Shown here: positions 1 to 8,148 of the stretch, in pieces
Layout of the letters: every line of letters starts with the position of its first letter
Numbering within the stretch: position 1 is the first letter of the stretch
From: Caldimonas sp.
GTDB lineage: Bacteria > Pseudomonadota > Gammaproteobacteria > Burkholderiales > Burkholderiaceae_C
Direction: 5' to 3'
DNA: 64,000 nt
NCBI RefSeq assembly: GCF_046291045.1
Contig: NZ_JBKBSL010000013.1
Coordinates: 9,701-73,700 of the forward strand
Made by a program: the position numbers and the translations under genes
Notes under the pieces: generated by a model
What the model saw: only the letters and a program-made list of their open reading frames with translations
Databases searched by the model: none
What the model was told of the DNA's origin: nothing

Positions 1-819
1 GCGGTTGTGATGACTGCCATCGACCGATTCGACGAAGTTGAACCCCTCGACCGTCGTACCGTCCTTCGGGTTGTAGGGCAATCTTCCGAGAAAGCGCGGC
101 AGCGTGAGGCCGACATAGCGGGAGTCTTCCGAATCTCGGAAGGATTTCCATTTGGCGTACTCGACGGTATCGAATACCTTGGCCAGGTCGCGCGGTTTGC
201 CCAGGTCGGTAAACTCTTCCAGTCCAAACAGCTCCGGCGAGGCCGACGAGATGAACGGCGCGTGGGCCGCCGCTGCCACATGGGACATCTGTTCGATGAA
301 GTACATGTCCTCGGGCTGGCGACCGATCTCATAGTCACCGATCAGGGCTCCGAACGGCGCACCCCCAAAGGTTCCGAACTCTTCTTCGTAAACCTTCTTG
401 AACAGGGTGCTCTGGTCGAAGTCGATGGCGGTGTTGAAGTCACGCACGAGCTCCTTCTTTGTGGCGTGCATGACCTTGATCTTCATCATCGCCCCTGTCG
501 AGGTGTGCTTGCACAGATAGTGCAGACCACGCCAGGACGCTTCGAGCCGTTGGAACTCCGGGGCATGCATCACCTCGCTCAACTGAGCGGAAATCAGCTG
601 ATCGATCTCTGCCACCCGCGCGTCGAGGGTCGCCGACAGATTCTCGGAGAGAACCACCGTCCCCTGCAGGACTTCGCGCACCAGCTCGGAAATGATGTCG
701 CGTGCGCGCTGATGCTCGGTCGGCGACTTGGCCACCCGGCTCTGCTCGACGATGCGGTCGAGCAGAGAATCGGATGTCAGTTCCGCTTGTGGCGCTTGCG
801 CCAGGGCTTGGGCACTCAT
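1..819 (-). CDS. tssC: T6SS contractile sheath large subunit TssC (VipB/EvpB), 5' part; runs off the window edge
   Basis: Not in ORF track (open at edge). My translation from ATG 819: MSAQALAQAPQ...LDRIVEQSRVAK...FQRLEASWRGLHYL...FDQSTLFKKVYEEEFGTFGGAPFG...AAAAHAPF...YVGLTLPRFLGRLPY, typical TssC motifs; directly downstream of tssB. Confidence 0.96.
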   Translation of the reverse strand, partial: MSAQALAQAPQAELTSDSLLDRIVEQSRVAKSPTEHQRARDIISELVREVLQGTVVLSENLSATLDARVAEIDQLISAQLSEVMHAPEFQRLEASWRGLHYLCKHTSTGAMMKIKVMHATKKELVRDFNTAIDFDQSTLFKKVYEEEFGTFGGAPFGALIGDYEIGRQPEDMYFIEQMSHVAAAAHAPFISSASPELFGLEEFTDLGKPRDLAKVFDTVEYAKWKSFRDSEDSRYVGLTLPRFLGRLPYNPKDGTTVEGFNFVESVDGSHHNR

Positions 820-823
820 GTCA

Positions 824-1339
824 TCACTCCTTCGTAGGCTGGGCTTCCTGGCCGAGCCGTTCAAGCTGCTCGGTGTTGCGCAGCACTTCGTCCAGTAGAT
901 CCTCCAACTTCTCGTTGCCCGCCAGCTTGTTGCGCAGGTCGGCCAAACGGGTTCGAGCCTCGAGCAGTCGGCGCAGTGGCTCGATTTGCTGGACCACCGC
1001 TTCGGGGCGGAAATCGTCGATCTGGTTGAATTGGAGATTGACGGCAAACTCGCCGCCTTCCTCGCTGAGGAGGTTACGCACCCGAAACGAGGCCTGGGGA
1101 GCCATGCCCGCCATGACTGCATCGAAGTTGTCGAGATCGATGTTCACGAACTTGCGATCCTTCAACCGCGGCGGCGGCGTCTCGGCAGAGGGTTTGCCGA
1201 CAAAGTCGCCCAGAACCCCTACCACGAACGGCAGCTCCTTCTGTTCGATGGCATCGCCGATCTCGACGTCGTAGGTCAACTGCACCCGGGGCGGACGCAC
1301 CTTCTCAAGGCGCTTTTGCACACTGTCTTTCTTGGCCAT
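824..1339 (-). CDS. tssB: T6SS contractile sheath small subunit TssB (VipA)
   Basis: VRPPRVQLTYDVE...ELPFVVGVLGD...RKFVNIDLDNFD...DFRPEAVVQQIEPLRRLLEAR motifs. Confidence 0.97.
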   Translation of the reverse strand: MAKKDSVQKRLEKVRPPRVQLTYDVEIGDAIEQKELPFVVGVLGDFVGKPSAETPPPRLKDRKFVNIDLDNFDAVMAGMAPQASFRVRNLLSEEGGEFAVNLQFNQIDDFRPEAVVQQIEPLRRLLEARTRLADLRNKLAGNEKLEDLLDEVLRNTEQLERLGQEAQPTKE

Positions 1340-1369
1340 GGGATTTCCTGCGGAGGGGAAGTGGGGCGC

Positions 1370-2020
1370 TCACTGCAGAGCGCTGAAAGGATTGCGCGAT
1401 CCGGTCGTCGCCGCCGGCTTGACAACGGAGGAGTCGGACGTTCGGGCAGGCCTCACAGAGGCCGCTGCCGGATGAGCCTCCCTGCGGCGGATCGGCCCCG
1501 CAGGGCGCGCGGCCGGTGTTGTCTCCACAGGCTCCGGTGCCACGATCACGGGCTCGCCGATAGCCTCGCGGATGGTCTGTGTCAGTGTCTGGGCTTCCTC
1601 GCGGGTGCTGCCTTGCACCGCATTGCCTTGGCGCAGGTGACCCAGGGCCACTGCGGAGGCTCGCAAGCCAGCCACCGCCATGATGCTATGGGCCGTCACG
1701 TCGCTCACATCGCGCTGAAGCACTTCCTGCGCCGCCACGATCGCCTGGCCATAGCGCCGCGCTTCCAGATGCATCTGAGCCTGTTGAAGCCAGGGCTCCT
1801 TCGCGCCGGGATGTGCACGGGCCGCCTGCTCGAGCAGCGATCCCGCCTTGGCGACATCACCAGCTTCCTGGGCGGAGCGAGCCTGAGACAGTGCCTGTTG
1901 CAGGTCAATCCGAGGCAGCTTGTCATCGGTCTGGGGAAGACCGGCACAGCCAGTCAAAACCGCCGCCACTGCAGCCGAGCAGACACGCGACAGCGCCTTT
2001 CTGATCGCTTTTTGGTCCAT
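1370..2020 (-). CDS. tagM: T6SS-associated TPR-like lipoprotein (TagM-like)
   Basis: Lipobox VLTGC, TPR-like helical repeats (PWLQQAQMHLEARRYGQAIVAAQEVL), Pro/Ala-rich tail; sits between tssJ and tssB as in Burkholderia T6SS-1. Confidence 0.7.
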   Translation of the reverse strand: MDQKAIRKALSRVCSAAVAAVLTGCAGLPQTDDKLPRIDLQQALSQARSAQEAGDVAKAGSLLEQAARAHPGAKEPWLQQAQMHLEARRYGQAIVAAQEVLQRDVSDVTAHSIMAVAGLRASAVALGHLRQGNAVQGSTREEAQTLTQTIREAIGEPVIVAPEPVETTPAARPAGPIRRREAHPAAASVRPARTSDSSVVKPAATTGSRNPFSALQ

Positions 2021-2165
2021 CGAGAAGACCCCTCACCTGTTGTTGCTGATCGTTGCGACAGGCGCCTTCCCTGCACGCGGGTGCAAGTGTCGCGCTCTTG
2101 TGCCGCTGAATGGCTGCGGATTAAAACGCAGCTCGGGGGTCCGAAGCTAGGCCTTCGAGGCAATC

Positions 2166-2201
2166 GTTACACAGACTTACCCATTGAAACAGGAAGTCAC
2201 C
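2166..2201. promoter_or_regulatory. Four 10-bp-phased OmpR-like half sites in the tagM/tssJ divergent region
   Basis: GTTACA (2166), CTTACC (2176), GAAACA (2186), GTCACC (2196); candidate -10 TAGACT at 2244-2249 upstream of tssJ. Confidence 0.5.
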
Positions 2202-2295
2202 TTATCCCCCTGAACAGGTGAATGCGCACACGGCAGTCTTGCCTAGACTACGGCCGCTTTTCATCACAACAAGCACCGTCTCAGGGAAGAAAGCC

Positions 2296-2937
2296 ATGTG
2301 GCACCGCGCACTGCCGGCGTTCAGCTTGCTCACTCGTCTTCTGACCCTCGGAGCCTTGGTGAGCGTCGTCGGTTGCGCGAGTGCCGGCAAGGCGGTTGAC
2401 GCGGCCAGCGCGATCACGAGCGGCGCGCTGCGCCTGGTCGGCCTGGCGCCGAAGGAGCCTTCACCACCGATCACAGCCCGCCCCATGCGCATCGACCTGC
2501 GGCTGCAGGCGAGCGAATCGCTGAACGTGGATGACCAGGGCCGTTCGCTGTCGCTGGTGGCTCGCGTATACAAGCTCAAGGGTGTCCAGGCGTTTCTGTC
2601 CGCTCCGCACGACGCATTCACCTCGCCAGAACGCGAACGCGAGCTGCTGGGAGAAGAGCTGATCGAAGCCCGTGACGTGCAGATGCTGCCGGGTCAGCAC
2701 CGCGAGTGGCGCGAGATGATCCCGCCCGACGCGACTCACCTCGGTATCGTGGCGCTGTTTCACCGACCATCCACGCATGGCTGGCGCCTGGCCTTCGAAA
2801 CCGCCCCTGCGGCCAAGACAGGCCTGTCGCTCGGCCTGCATGCCTGCAGCGTCAGCGTCGCGATCGGTGTTCCCGTCGGTTCGGGGGCGCCGCCAGCCTC
2901 GACCCCGCTTTCGCCCGCGCGCTGTCCTCGCGGATGA
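2296..2937 (+). CDS. tssJ: T6SS outer-membrane lipoprotein TssJ (VasD/SciN)
   Basis: Lipobox VVGC after ATG 2296; LNVDDQGRSLSLVARVYKLK, HLGIVALFH motifs; precedes tssK-tssL. Confidence 0.92.
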   Translation: MWHRALPAFSLLTRLLTLGALVSVVGCASAGKAVDAASAITSGALRLVGLAPKEPSPPITARPMRIDLRLQASESLNVDDQGRSLSLVARVYKLKGVQAFLSAPHDAFTSPERERELLGEELIEARDVQMLPGQHREWREMIPPDATHLGIVALFHRPSTHGWRLAFETAPAAKTGLSLGLHACSVSVAIGVPVGSGAPPASTPLSPARCPRG

Positions 2938-2962
2938 CTCTTTCAAACCAGAACCCAACGAC

Positions 2963-4315
2963 GTGACACCATCCTCCAAAATCCTCTGGGGCGAGGGCCT
3001 GTTCCTGAGGCCCCAGCACTTCCAACGGCAAGACGCCTATCACGAATGGCGGCTGGCGCAGGTCGCGCGGATGTTGCACCCTTATGCCTGGGGTGTGAAG
3101 CATTTGCGCATCGACGAAGATGCCTTGCAATCCGGCCTACTCCAGCTGCTGGAACTTCGGGCCGTGTTGCCTGATGGGGATCTCTACGATGCACCCCGAG
3201 ACGATCTGCTTCCACCGGCCCTGTCGCTGAACGAGCTCGACCTGCAACAGTCGGAGTTCACGTTTCACCTGTGTGTCGCTCCGATGCGCCGAATGGGCAG
3301 CAACCATGCCCGACTCGAAGAAGACACGGGCGTCGAGCTGCGGTACCGGCAGGACTGCGATGCGCAAGCCGGTGACTGGTTCACGGATGCCGTCCCAGCC
3401 GAGGTGGTGATCCTGCGAAAGGCGGCACGCCTGCGAGGCAGTCACGATCTGCGCGAAGACACCGTGAGCCTGCCGCTGTTGCGCCTGCGACGTAAAGGGA
3501 CGGGCGGCTTCGAGGTGGATCGGCGCTACATTCCTCCGTCGTTGGCGATCGAGTCTGCTCCCCCTTTGCAGTCGCTGCTGCGCCGGCTGCTCGATGCGCT
3601 GCAGGCCAAGGCCGATGCGCTCATCGGTTTGCATCGCGAGCCTTCTAAGAACGTCGTCGAGTTCCGATCGGGAGACGTGGCCTCGTTCTGGTTGCTTCAC
3701 ACGGTCAGTGCGGCCCATGCTTTTTTGTCCCACCTCGCGCGCCACCCCGGGCTGCATCCCGAGCGTCTCTACCAGGGACTGCTCCAGCTCGCTGGCGGCC
3801 TGATGACCTTCTCCAAGTCCTTCACGCTGGCCGATCTGCCCGCCTACGACCATCATGAACCGAGCGACTGCTTCGCCAAGATGGACCACATCGTGCGCGA
3901 GCTGCTCGAAGCCGTGATCTCGACTCGCTACTTCGCCATCGCCTTGCACGAAAGCAAACCGTCCTTCCACGTCGGCCGCCTGGACAGTGAGCAGATCCAG
4001 GCCTCGACCGCATTCTTTGTCGGGCTGTCGGCGGGACTTCCGGGCTCCGAACTCATCGAAACGGCGCCGCTGCGCCTGAAGATCGGGGCACCCGACGATG
4101 TGGAAAAGCTGGTCCTGTCGGCCATGCCCGGCGTCCGGCTCGTGCATGCCCAGCAAGTGCCAGCCGCCGTGCCCATTCGCCCGGGCATGCACTACTTCTC
4201 GTTGGAGGCGCGCGGCCCACTCTATGAACGCATGCTGCAAGCCCAGGCCATCGCCCTCTACACCCCTCAGGGCTGGCCAGATCTGCGTCTCGAATTGATT
4301 GCCGTGAACCCATGA
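2963..4315 (+). CDS. tssK: T6SS baseplate subunit TssK
   Basis: KILWGEGLFLRPQHFQRQD N-terminus; HPERLY motif; start moved to GTG 2963 within ORF 2777..4315. Confidence 0.96.
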   Translation: MTPSSKILWGEGLFLRPQHFQRQDAYHEWRLAQVARMLHPYAWGVKHLRIDEDALQSGLLQLLELRAVLPDGDLYDAPRDDLLPPALSLNELDLQQSEFTFHLCVAPMRRMGSNHARLEEDTGVELRYRQDCDAQAGDWFTDAVPAEVVILRKAARLRGSHDLREDTVSLPLLRLRRKGTGGFEVDRRYIPPSLAIESAPPLQSLLRRLLDALQAKADALIGLHREPSKNVVEFRSGDVASFWLLHTVSAAHAFLSHLARHPGLHPERLYQGLLQLAGGLMTFSKSFTLADLPAYDHHEPSDCFAKMDHIVRELLEAVISTRYFAIALHESKPSFHVGRLDSEQIQASTAFFVGLSAGLPGSELIETAPLRLKIGAPDDVEKLVLSAMPGVRLVHAQQVPAAVPIRPGMHYFSLEARGPLYERMLQAQAIALYTPQGWPDLRLELIAVNP

Positions 4316-5100
4316 CCACTCAGGCCCCTTCCCTCTTCGCCGACACGGAACTGATGCCCTCGCCGGCGCCCTCGCCGTTGCCAGCCTCACCGGCATCCAC
4401 CGGCAAGCTCGTGGATCTGCTCTACGAGGGGTTCTACATGATCTTCCTGCTGAAGAACCGGCATGGGCCGACCGACGCCGCGTCTTTTCGGGAAAGGCTG
4501 CGCGAGTTTTTGGCCGAGTTCGAACGCAATTCGGTCCAGCTCGATGCCAGCGCGGAAGACGTGCACCTCGCAAAGTACGCCTTCTGCGCCTTGGTCGACG
4601 AAACCATCTTGACTTCGGGCCTCAAGTTGCGCGAGGACTGGGAACGACAGCCTTTACAACTGCAGTTCTTCGGTGACCAGCTTGCCGGGGAAAACTTTTT
4701 CATCCATCTCGAACGCTTGCGTCAGCAAGGCGCTGCCCGCCTGGCCGCGCTGGAGGTGTTCCACCTGTGCCTTCTGCTGGGCTTCCAGGGCAAGTACCTG
4801 CTCGAAGGCCAGGAGAAGCTGGGTTACCTCACGGCCAGGCTGAGCGACGAGATCTCCCATCTGAAGGGGCGCAAGGTGGGATTCGCCCCCCATTGGGCGC
4901 CGCCCGACCGCGTGCATCACGTGCTGCACACGGTGGTCCCACCCTGGATGCTGGCTGCCGGCTTCGTCTGCCTGGGATTGCTGGCGTTCACCGGGCTTCG
5001 CGCCATGCTCGACCGGGCCACTCAAGCCGATCTAGCGGCCTATCAGCAACTCATCCAGTTGCCGCCGCAGGCCGCCCACTTGACGATCACGCTGCCGTGA
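4312..5100 (+). CDS. tssL: T6SS membrane complex protein TssL (DotU)
   Basis: AKYAFCALVDE, PLQLQFFGDQLAGENFF, EVFHLCLLLGFQGKY; single C-terminal TM; ATGA overlap with tssK. Confidence 0.96.
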   Translation: MTTQAPSLFADTELMPSPAPSPLPASPASTGKLVDLLYEGFYMIFLLKNRHGPTDAASFRERLREFLAEFERNSVQLDASAEDVHLAKYAFCALVDETILTSGLKLREDWERQPLQLQFFGDQLAGENFFIHLERLRQQGAARLAALEVFHLCLLLGFQGKYLLEGQEKLGYLTARLSDEISHLKGRKVGFAPHWAPPDRVHHVLHTVVPPWMLAAGFVCLGLLAFTGLRAMLDRATQADLAAYQQLIQLPPQAAHLTITLP

Positions 5101-5104
5101 CGAC

Positions 5105-5950
5105 TCAGGGGCTGCCCAAGGCCGTGGCCTGGCGCGGACAGGCCGCCTCATCGTCGTGCCGAGCTGCACAGACACGCGCACGGCACAGCTGCCCTTCCAG
5201 CCAGCCCAGCGCCAGACAACGCCGTACCAGCTCGGCCGTGGGGACACCTGCTTGCACCAGCACCACGTCACGATCCGGATCCGGCGACGCGAGACGCCGT
5301 CCAGTTGCCGCTGGGCGCGGCACCGACGGCTCCGGCGCGGCTCGCGACATCAGCACCTCGATCACCTCCACGTCAGGGTCGGCGGTGCGCGCCGCAGCCG
5401 CAGGACGCCGGACGGATTCTCCCACCCCGCGCCCGGCCCGCAGCGTTTCGCGCCGGCCCCCCGGGATCGACTGTTGGGCAGCCGACGAAGGCTCGTCAAG
5501 CCCAGGTGTCGCCCCCGGTGCCTGCGCCTCGACACGAAGCTGCTGTGCAACAGGCTCTTCGGCAAGCTCGATCCGCGCCGCAGAGGGTGCGGGCGCAACG
5601 GTGGCTGGCACAGGGGTCTGCGCCGACGAGGGCGTCGGACGGGCCGTGACAAGCTGCGGCGAGTTGCCATGGACCGACGCGACCTGCTCATGGGCAACCG
5701 CACTGCCCGCCCGCAGCGGCCAGGCCCACCACCACGCCAGCGCGCCCAGCAGCAGCGCTGTGGCAACCGCCCCGACGCGCAAGTGCCTTGCCACCGGCGA
5801 GCGCCCGCGGGCGTGGCCTTGGCCCACCACCGCCAGGATGCCCGCTTCGCCTTCGGCCGCAGCGCCCGAGGTCTCGAACGAAGCTTCGGGGGACGCCAAG
5901 AGGCTGGGCATGGCCTCATGCTCCGGTGTGTGCGATGGGCGCTTGTACAT
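5105..5950 (-). CDS. tagY: T6SS-associated single-pass membrane protein with Pro/Ala linker and C-terminal 4-Cys domain (TagY-like)
   Basis: One TM (VGAVATALLLGALAWWWAW), low-complexity linker, DPDVEVIEVLM motif, C-terminal C-x10-C-x4-C-x9-C; divergent from tagX as recalled for Burkholderia T6SS-1. Confidence 0.6.
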   Translation of the reverse strand: MYKRPSHTPEHEAMPSLLASPEASFETSGAAAEGEAGILAVVGQGHARGRSPVARHLRVGAVATALLLGALAWWWAWPLRAGSAVAHEQVASVHGNSPQLVTARPTPSSAQTPVPATVAPAPSAARIELAEEPVAQQLRVEAQAPGATPGLDEPSSAAQQSIPGGRRETLRAGRGVGESVRRPAAAARTADPDVEVIEVLMSRAAPEPSVPRPAATGRRLASPDPDRDVVLVQAGVPTAELVRRCLALGWLEGQLCRARVCAARHDDEAACPRQATALGSP

Positions 5951-6003
5951 GATTCCTCCCTGTGGCCATCCATCGGTCGTCGAGCCGGGATCGCGCGCGG
6001 CCG

Positions 6004-6053
6004 ATTCTAGAAAGACCGACGTGATCTGTGGCGTCTTGAAATGCCTCGTTACA
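6004..6053 (-). promoter_or_regulatory. Candidate tagY promoter (-10 TAGAAT) with a pair of OmpR-like half sites
   Basis: Minus-strand TAGAAT at 6004-6009; GAAATG (6038) and GTTACA (6048) spaced 10 bp apart. Confidence 0.4.
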
Positions 6054-6066
6054 TCATGAGGAAGCG

Positions 6067-6906
6067 ATGGGCTGGATCATTGTTTGCGTGATCGCCGCCA
6101 GCGTGCTCTTGAGTTGGTGGGCCCTGCCAGAACTGCGCGGTGGCCCCGTCTCATGGGAACGTCGTCGTCGCCATGGGCCAGCGGGTCAGCGTCGGGGCCT
6201 GACGCTAAAGGGGCGGTTCGGCAGTACATCTGGCGCGCCGCGGCGTGCTCCATCGGCTGCGATCGCCCTGGCGCGCAAGCATTGGCCGTACGCGCTGGGG
6301 GTGGTTGCCCTGCTGAGCGCCCCCCCGATGCTGGCGTGGTGGCTGCATGACGGCCGCCGCGTGGCGGACTTCGGCGTGTCCCACGGAACCGCAAGGAACG
6401 ATCAGGTCGCCTGGCTGCTACAAGGCGAGAAACTGGCTCCCCCACCCCCTTTGCCCCCCGAGGTGTTCGCCACCGCAGAGGTCGAGGCGGTCCGCCCCCG
6501 ACTCACCGATGCCAGCCGTGACTGGTCCCTTCTCGACGAAGATTTCCGTCAGCGTCTGCTGCTCGTCTATCGACTGATGCGTGAGCGCCATGGCTATGAG
6601 ATGGTGCTGATCGAGGGATACCGGAACCCGCAACGACAGGCCGAGTTGCTGGCCCTGGGCCCTCACGTCACCCAGGCCGGCCCCGGCGCAAGCTACCACC
6701 AGCATGGTCTGGCGGCCGATAGCGCCTTCCTGCGCGACGGCGTGCTGGTGATCTCCGAGCAGGATCCCTGGGCCCTGGAAGGCTACCGTCTTTACGGAGA
6801 AATCGCCGAATCGGTGGGCCTGACCTGGGGAGGGCGCTGGAAGATGCGCGACTACGGCCACGTCGAGCTGCGCTCGATCCACCTTGGCCGACGAAACCAA
6901 CAGTAA
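6067..6906 (+). CDS. tagX: Membrane-anchored M15-family (L-Ala-D-Glu/VanY-like) peptidoglycan endopeptidase TagX
   Basis: N-terminal TMs; IEGYRNPQRQAEL, SYHQHGLAAD (H-x6-D), WGGRW, DYGHVE zinc-peptidase motifs; T6SS context. Confidence 0.85.
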   Translation: MGWIIVCVIAASVLLSWWALPELRGGPVSWERRRRHGPAGQRRGLTLKGRFGSTSGAPRRAPSAAIALARKHWPYALGVVALLSAPPMLAWWLHDGRRVADFGVSHGTARNDQVAWLLQGEKLAPPPPLPPEVFATAEVEAVRPRLTDASRDWSLLDEDFRQRLLLVYRLMRERHGYEMVLIEGYRNPQRQAELLALGPHVTQAGPGASYHQHGLAADSAFLRDGVLVISEQDPWALEGYRLYGEIAESVGLTWGGRWKMRDYGHVELRSIHLGRRNQQ

Positions 6907-6974
6907 CAGGTTGCTGGGCCTTGTATCGCTAGACTTCGCGCCACAACGAATTCATCCAAGTGCAGGGAGTGCAC

Positions 6975-7529
6975 ATGTCTCGTCCGTTCATCGTCCTGGG
7001 CGACAGGACCAGCCACGGTGGCACCGTCGTCGAAGCCTCGGCATCCACCGACACCCATGGTCGGCGCATCGCGCGCGTCGGAGACCGGGTCACCTGCCCC
7101 CGCAAGGGCCACGGCCGCCTCACCACGATTGCCACCGGGGATCCCACGATGCTGATCGACGGCAAGCCGGTGGCTCGCCATGGCGACAAGTGCGCCTGTG
7201 GGGCGACGCTGATCGCGAGCCAAAGCGTCAGCACTGTCGGCCCAGGCGGGGGCGGAGACACATCCGCCCCATGGGCAGGCAGCAGTGCCGCTTCCGTGTC
7301 TCCTCCGGAGCCTGGGGCCAAGGCAGAGCCGGACAAGCAAGATGGACAGGACGAGGTGATTGAGCAGTACTTCTTCCTGGCTGATGAATTTGGACATCCC
7401 TGCGAGGGCTACCGATACGACCTGTTCGCGAACGGCGCGTTGCATGCGAAGGCCAAGGATTTCAGCGGTGGATGTACTACCAGTGTGCAGGGCGTTTGCG
7501 AGCTCAAACTGGTCATTTGGCTGAACTGA
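6975..7529 (+). CDS. PAAR spike-tip protein with C-terminal transthyretin-like extension
   Basis: LGDRTSHGG...ARVGDRVTCPRKGHG...VARHGDKCACGATLI PAAR core with His/Cys zinc ligands; then a low-complexity linker and EQYFFLADEFGHPCEGYRYDL, resembling TTR-like adaptor folds. Confidence 0.9.
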   Translation: MSRPFIVLGDRTSHGGTVVEASASTDTHGRRIARVGDRVTCPRKGHGRLTTIATGDPTMLIDGKPVARHGDKCACGATLIASQSVSTVGPGGGGDTSAPWAGSSAASVSPPEPGAKAEPDKQDGQDEVIEQYFFLADEFGHPCEGYRYDLFANGALHAKAKDFSGGCTTSVQGVCELKLVIWLN

Positions 7530-7530
7530 G

Positions 7531-8148
7531 ATGTCAAAGGTCGACGACGAGACTCGCCAACTGGCGGCAATGGCATACGGCGAGGCATCGCCGGACAACG
7601 TGGAGGCCGAGCTGCAGGCTCTGGCCAGCATCTTGGTGCGACAGCGCGACGCGCGCGGATACAAGGACATCGCAAGCTTCGCACGAGGCGAGCCAACCTT
7701 TTCATTCGTCGTCAACGACGGGAACAAGCGCTACGCCAAGCTGATGAAGGCCAGCGATCAGGAAATCGAGAAGGACACCGGCATGCGACGTGCGGTCGCC
7801 GCCGCCAAGAATGCACTGGCCGGGGGACCGGACATGTCGAACGGCGGTTGGTTCTGGGACGGCGCCGACATCAAGACCAATTACAAGAACCACTTCAAAG
7901 TGAAGCACGGCATCCGCTTTTCGGATCCATCGCACAACATCTATGGCATCGAGGAGTCGACGAAGGTCGTGATCCTTTATAGGCGGATCAAGGTTCGAGA
8001 CAAGAACACGGGCACCGTGAGCGTCAAGCAGGAGGAGATCGGCCGCTATGACCACGTCTACCAATCCACAGCGGCTCACGGCGGGACGATTTTCTGGAGG
8101 TTGAACCCCGAGTACCTCCGATTGACACGCGCCAAGGAGTACAAGTGA
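7531..8148 (+). CDS. Putative T6SS peptidoglycan-degrading effector, SleB/CwlJ (Hydrolase_2)-like
   Basis: LAAMAYGEAS (candidate catalytic Glu18), ALASILVRQR, DMSNGGWFWDG, HGGTIFW resemble cell-wall hydrolase family motifs; no signal peptide; starts 1 bp after the PAAR stop. Confidence 0.7.
   Translation: MSKVDDETRQLAAMAYGEASPDNVEAELQALASILVRQRDARGYKDIASFARGEPTFSFVVNDGNKRYAKLMKASDQEIEKDTGMRRAVAAAKNALAGGPDMSNGGWFWDGADIKTNYKNHFKVKHGIRFSDPSHNIYGIEESTKVVILYRRIKVRDKNTGTVSVKQEEIGRYDHVYQSTAAHGGTIFWRLNPEYLRLTRAKEYK

Noticed and set aside
7-837. 276-aa plus-strand ORF
   Set aside because: Antisense shadow of tssC, which is open on the minus strand with clear motifs.
986-2221. 411-aa plus-strand ORF
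   Set aside because: Antisense to tssB/tagM; no recognisable motifs; typical high-GC shadow.
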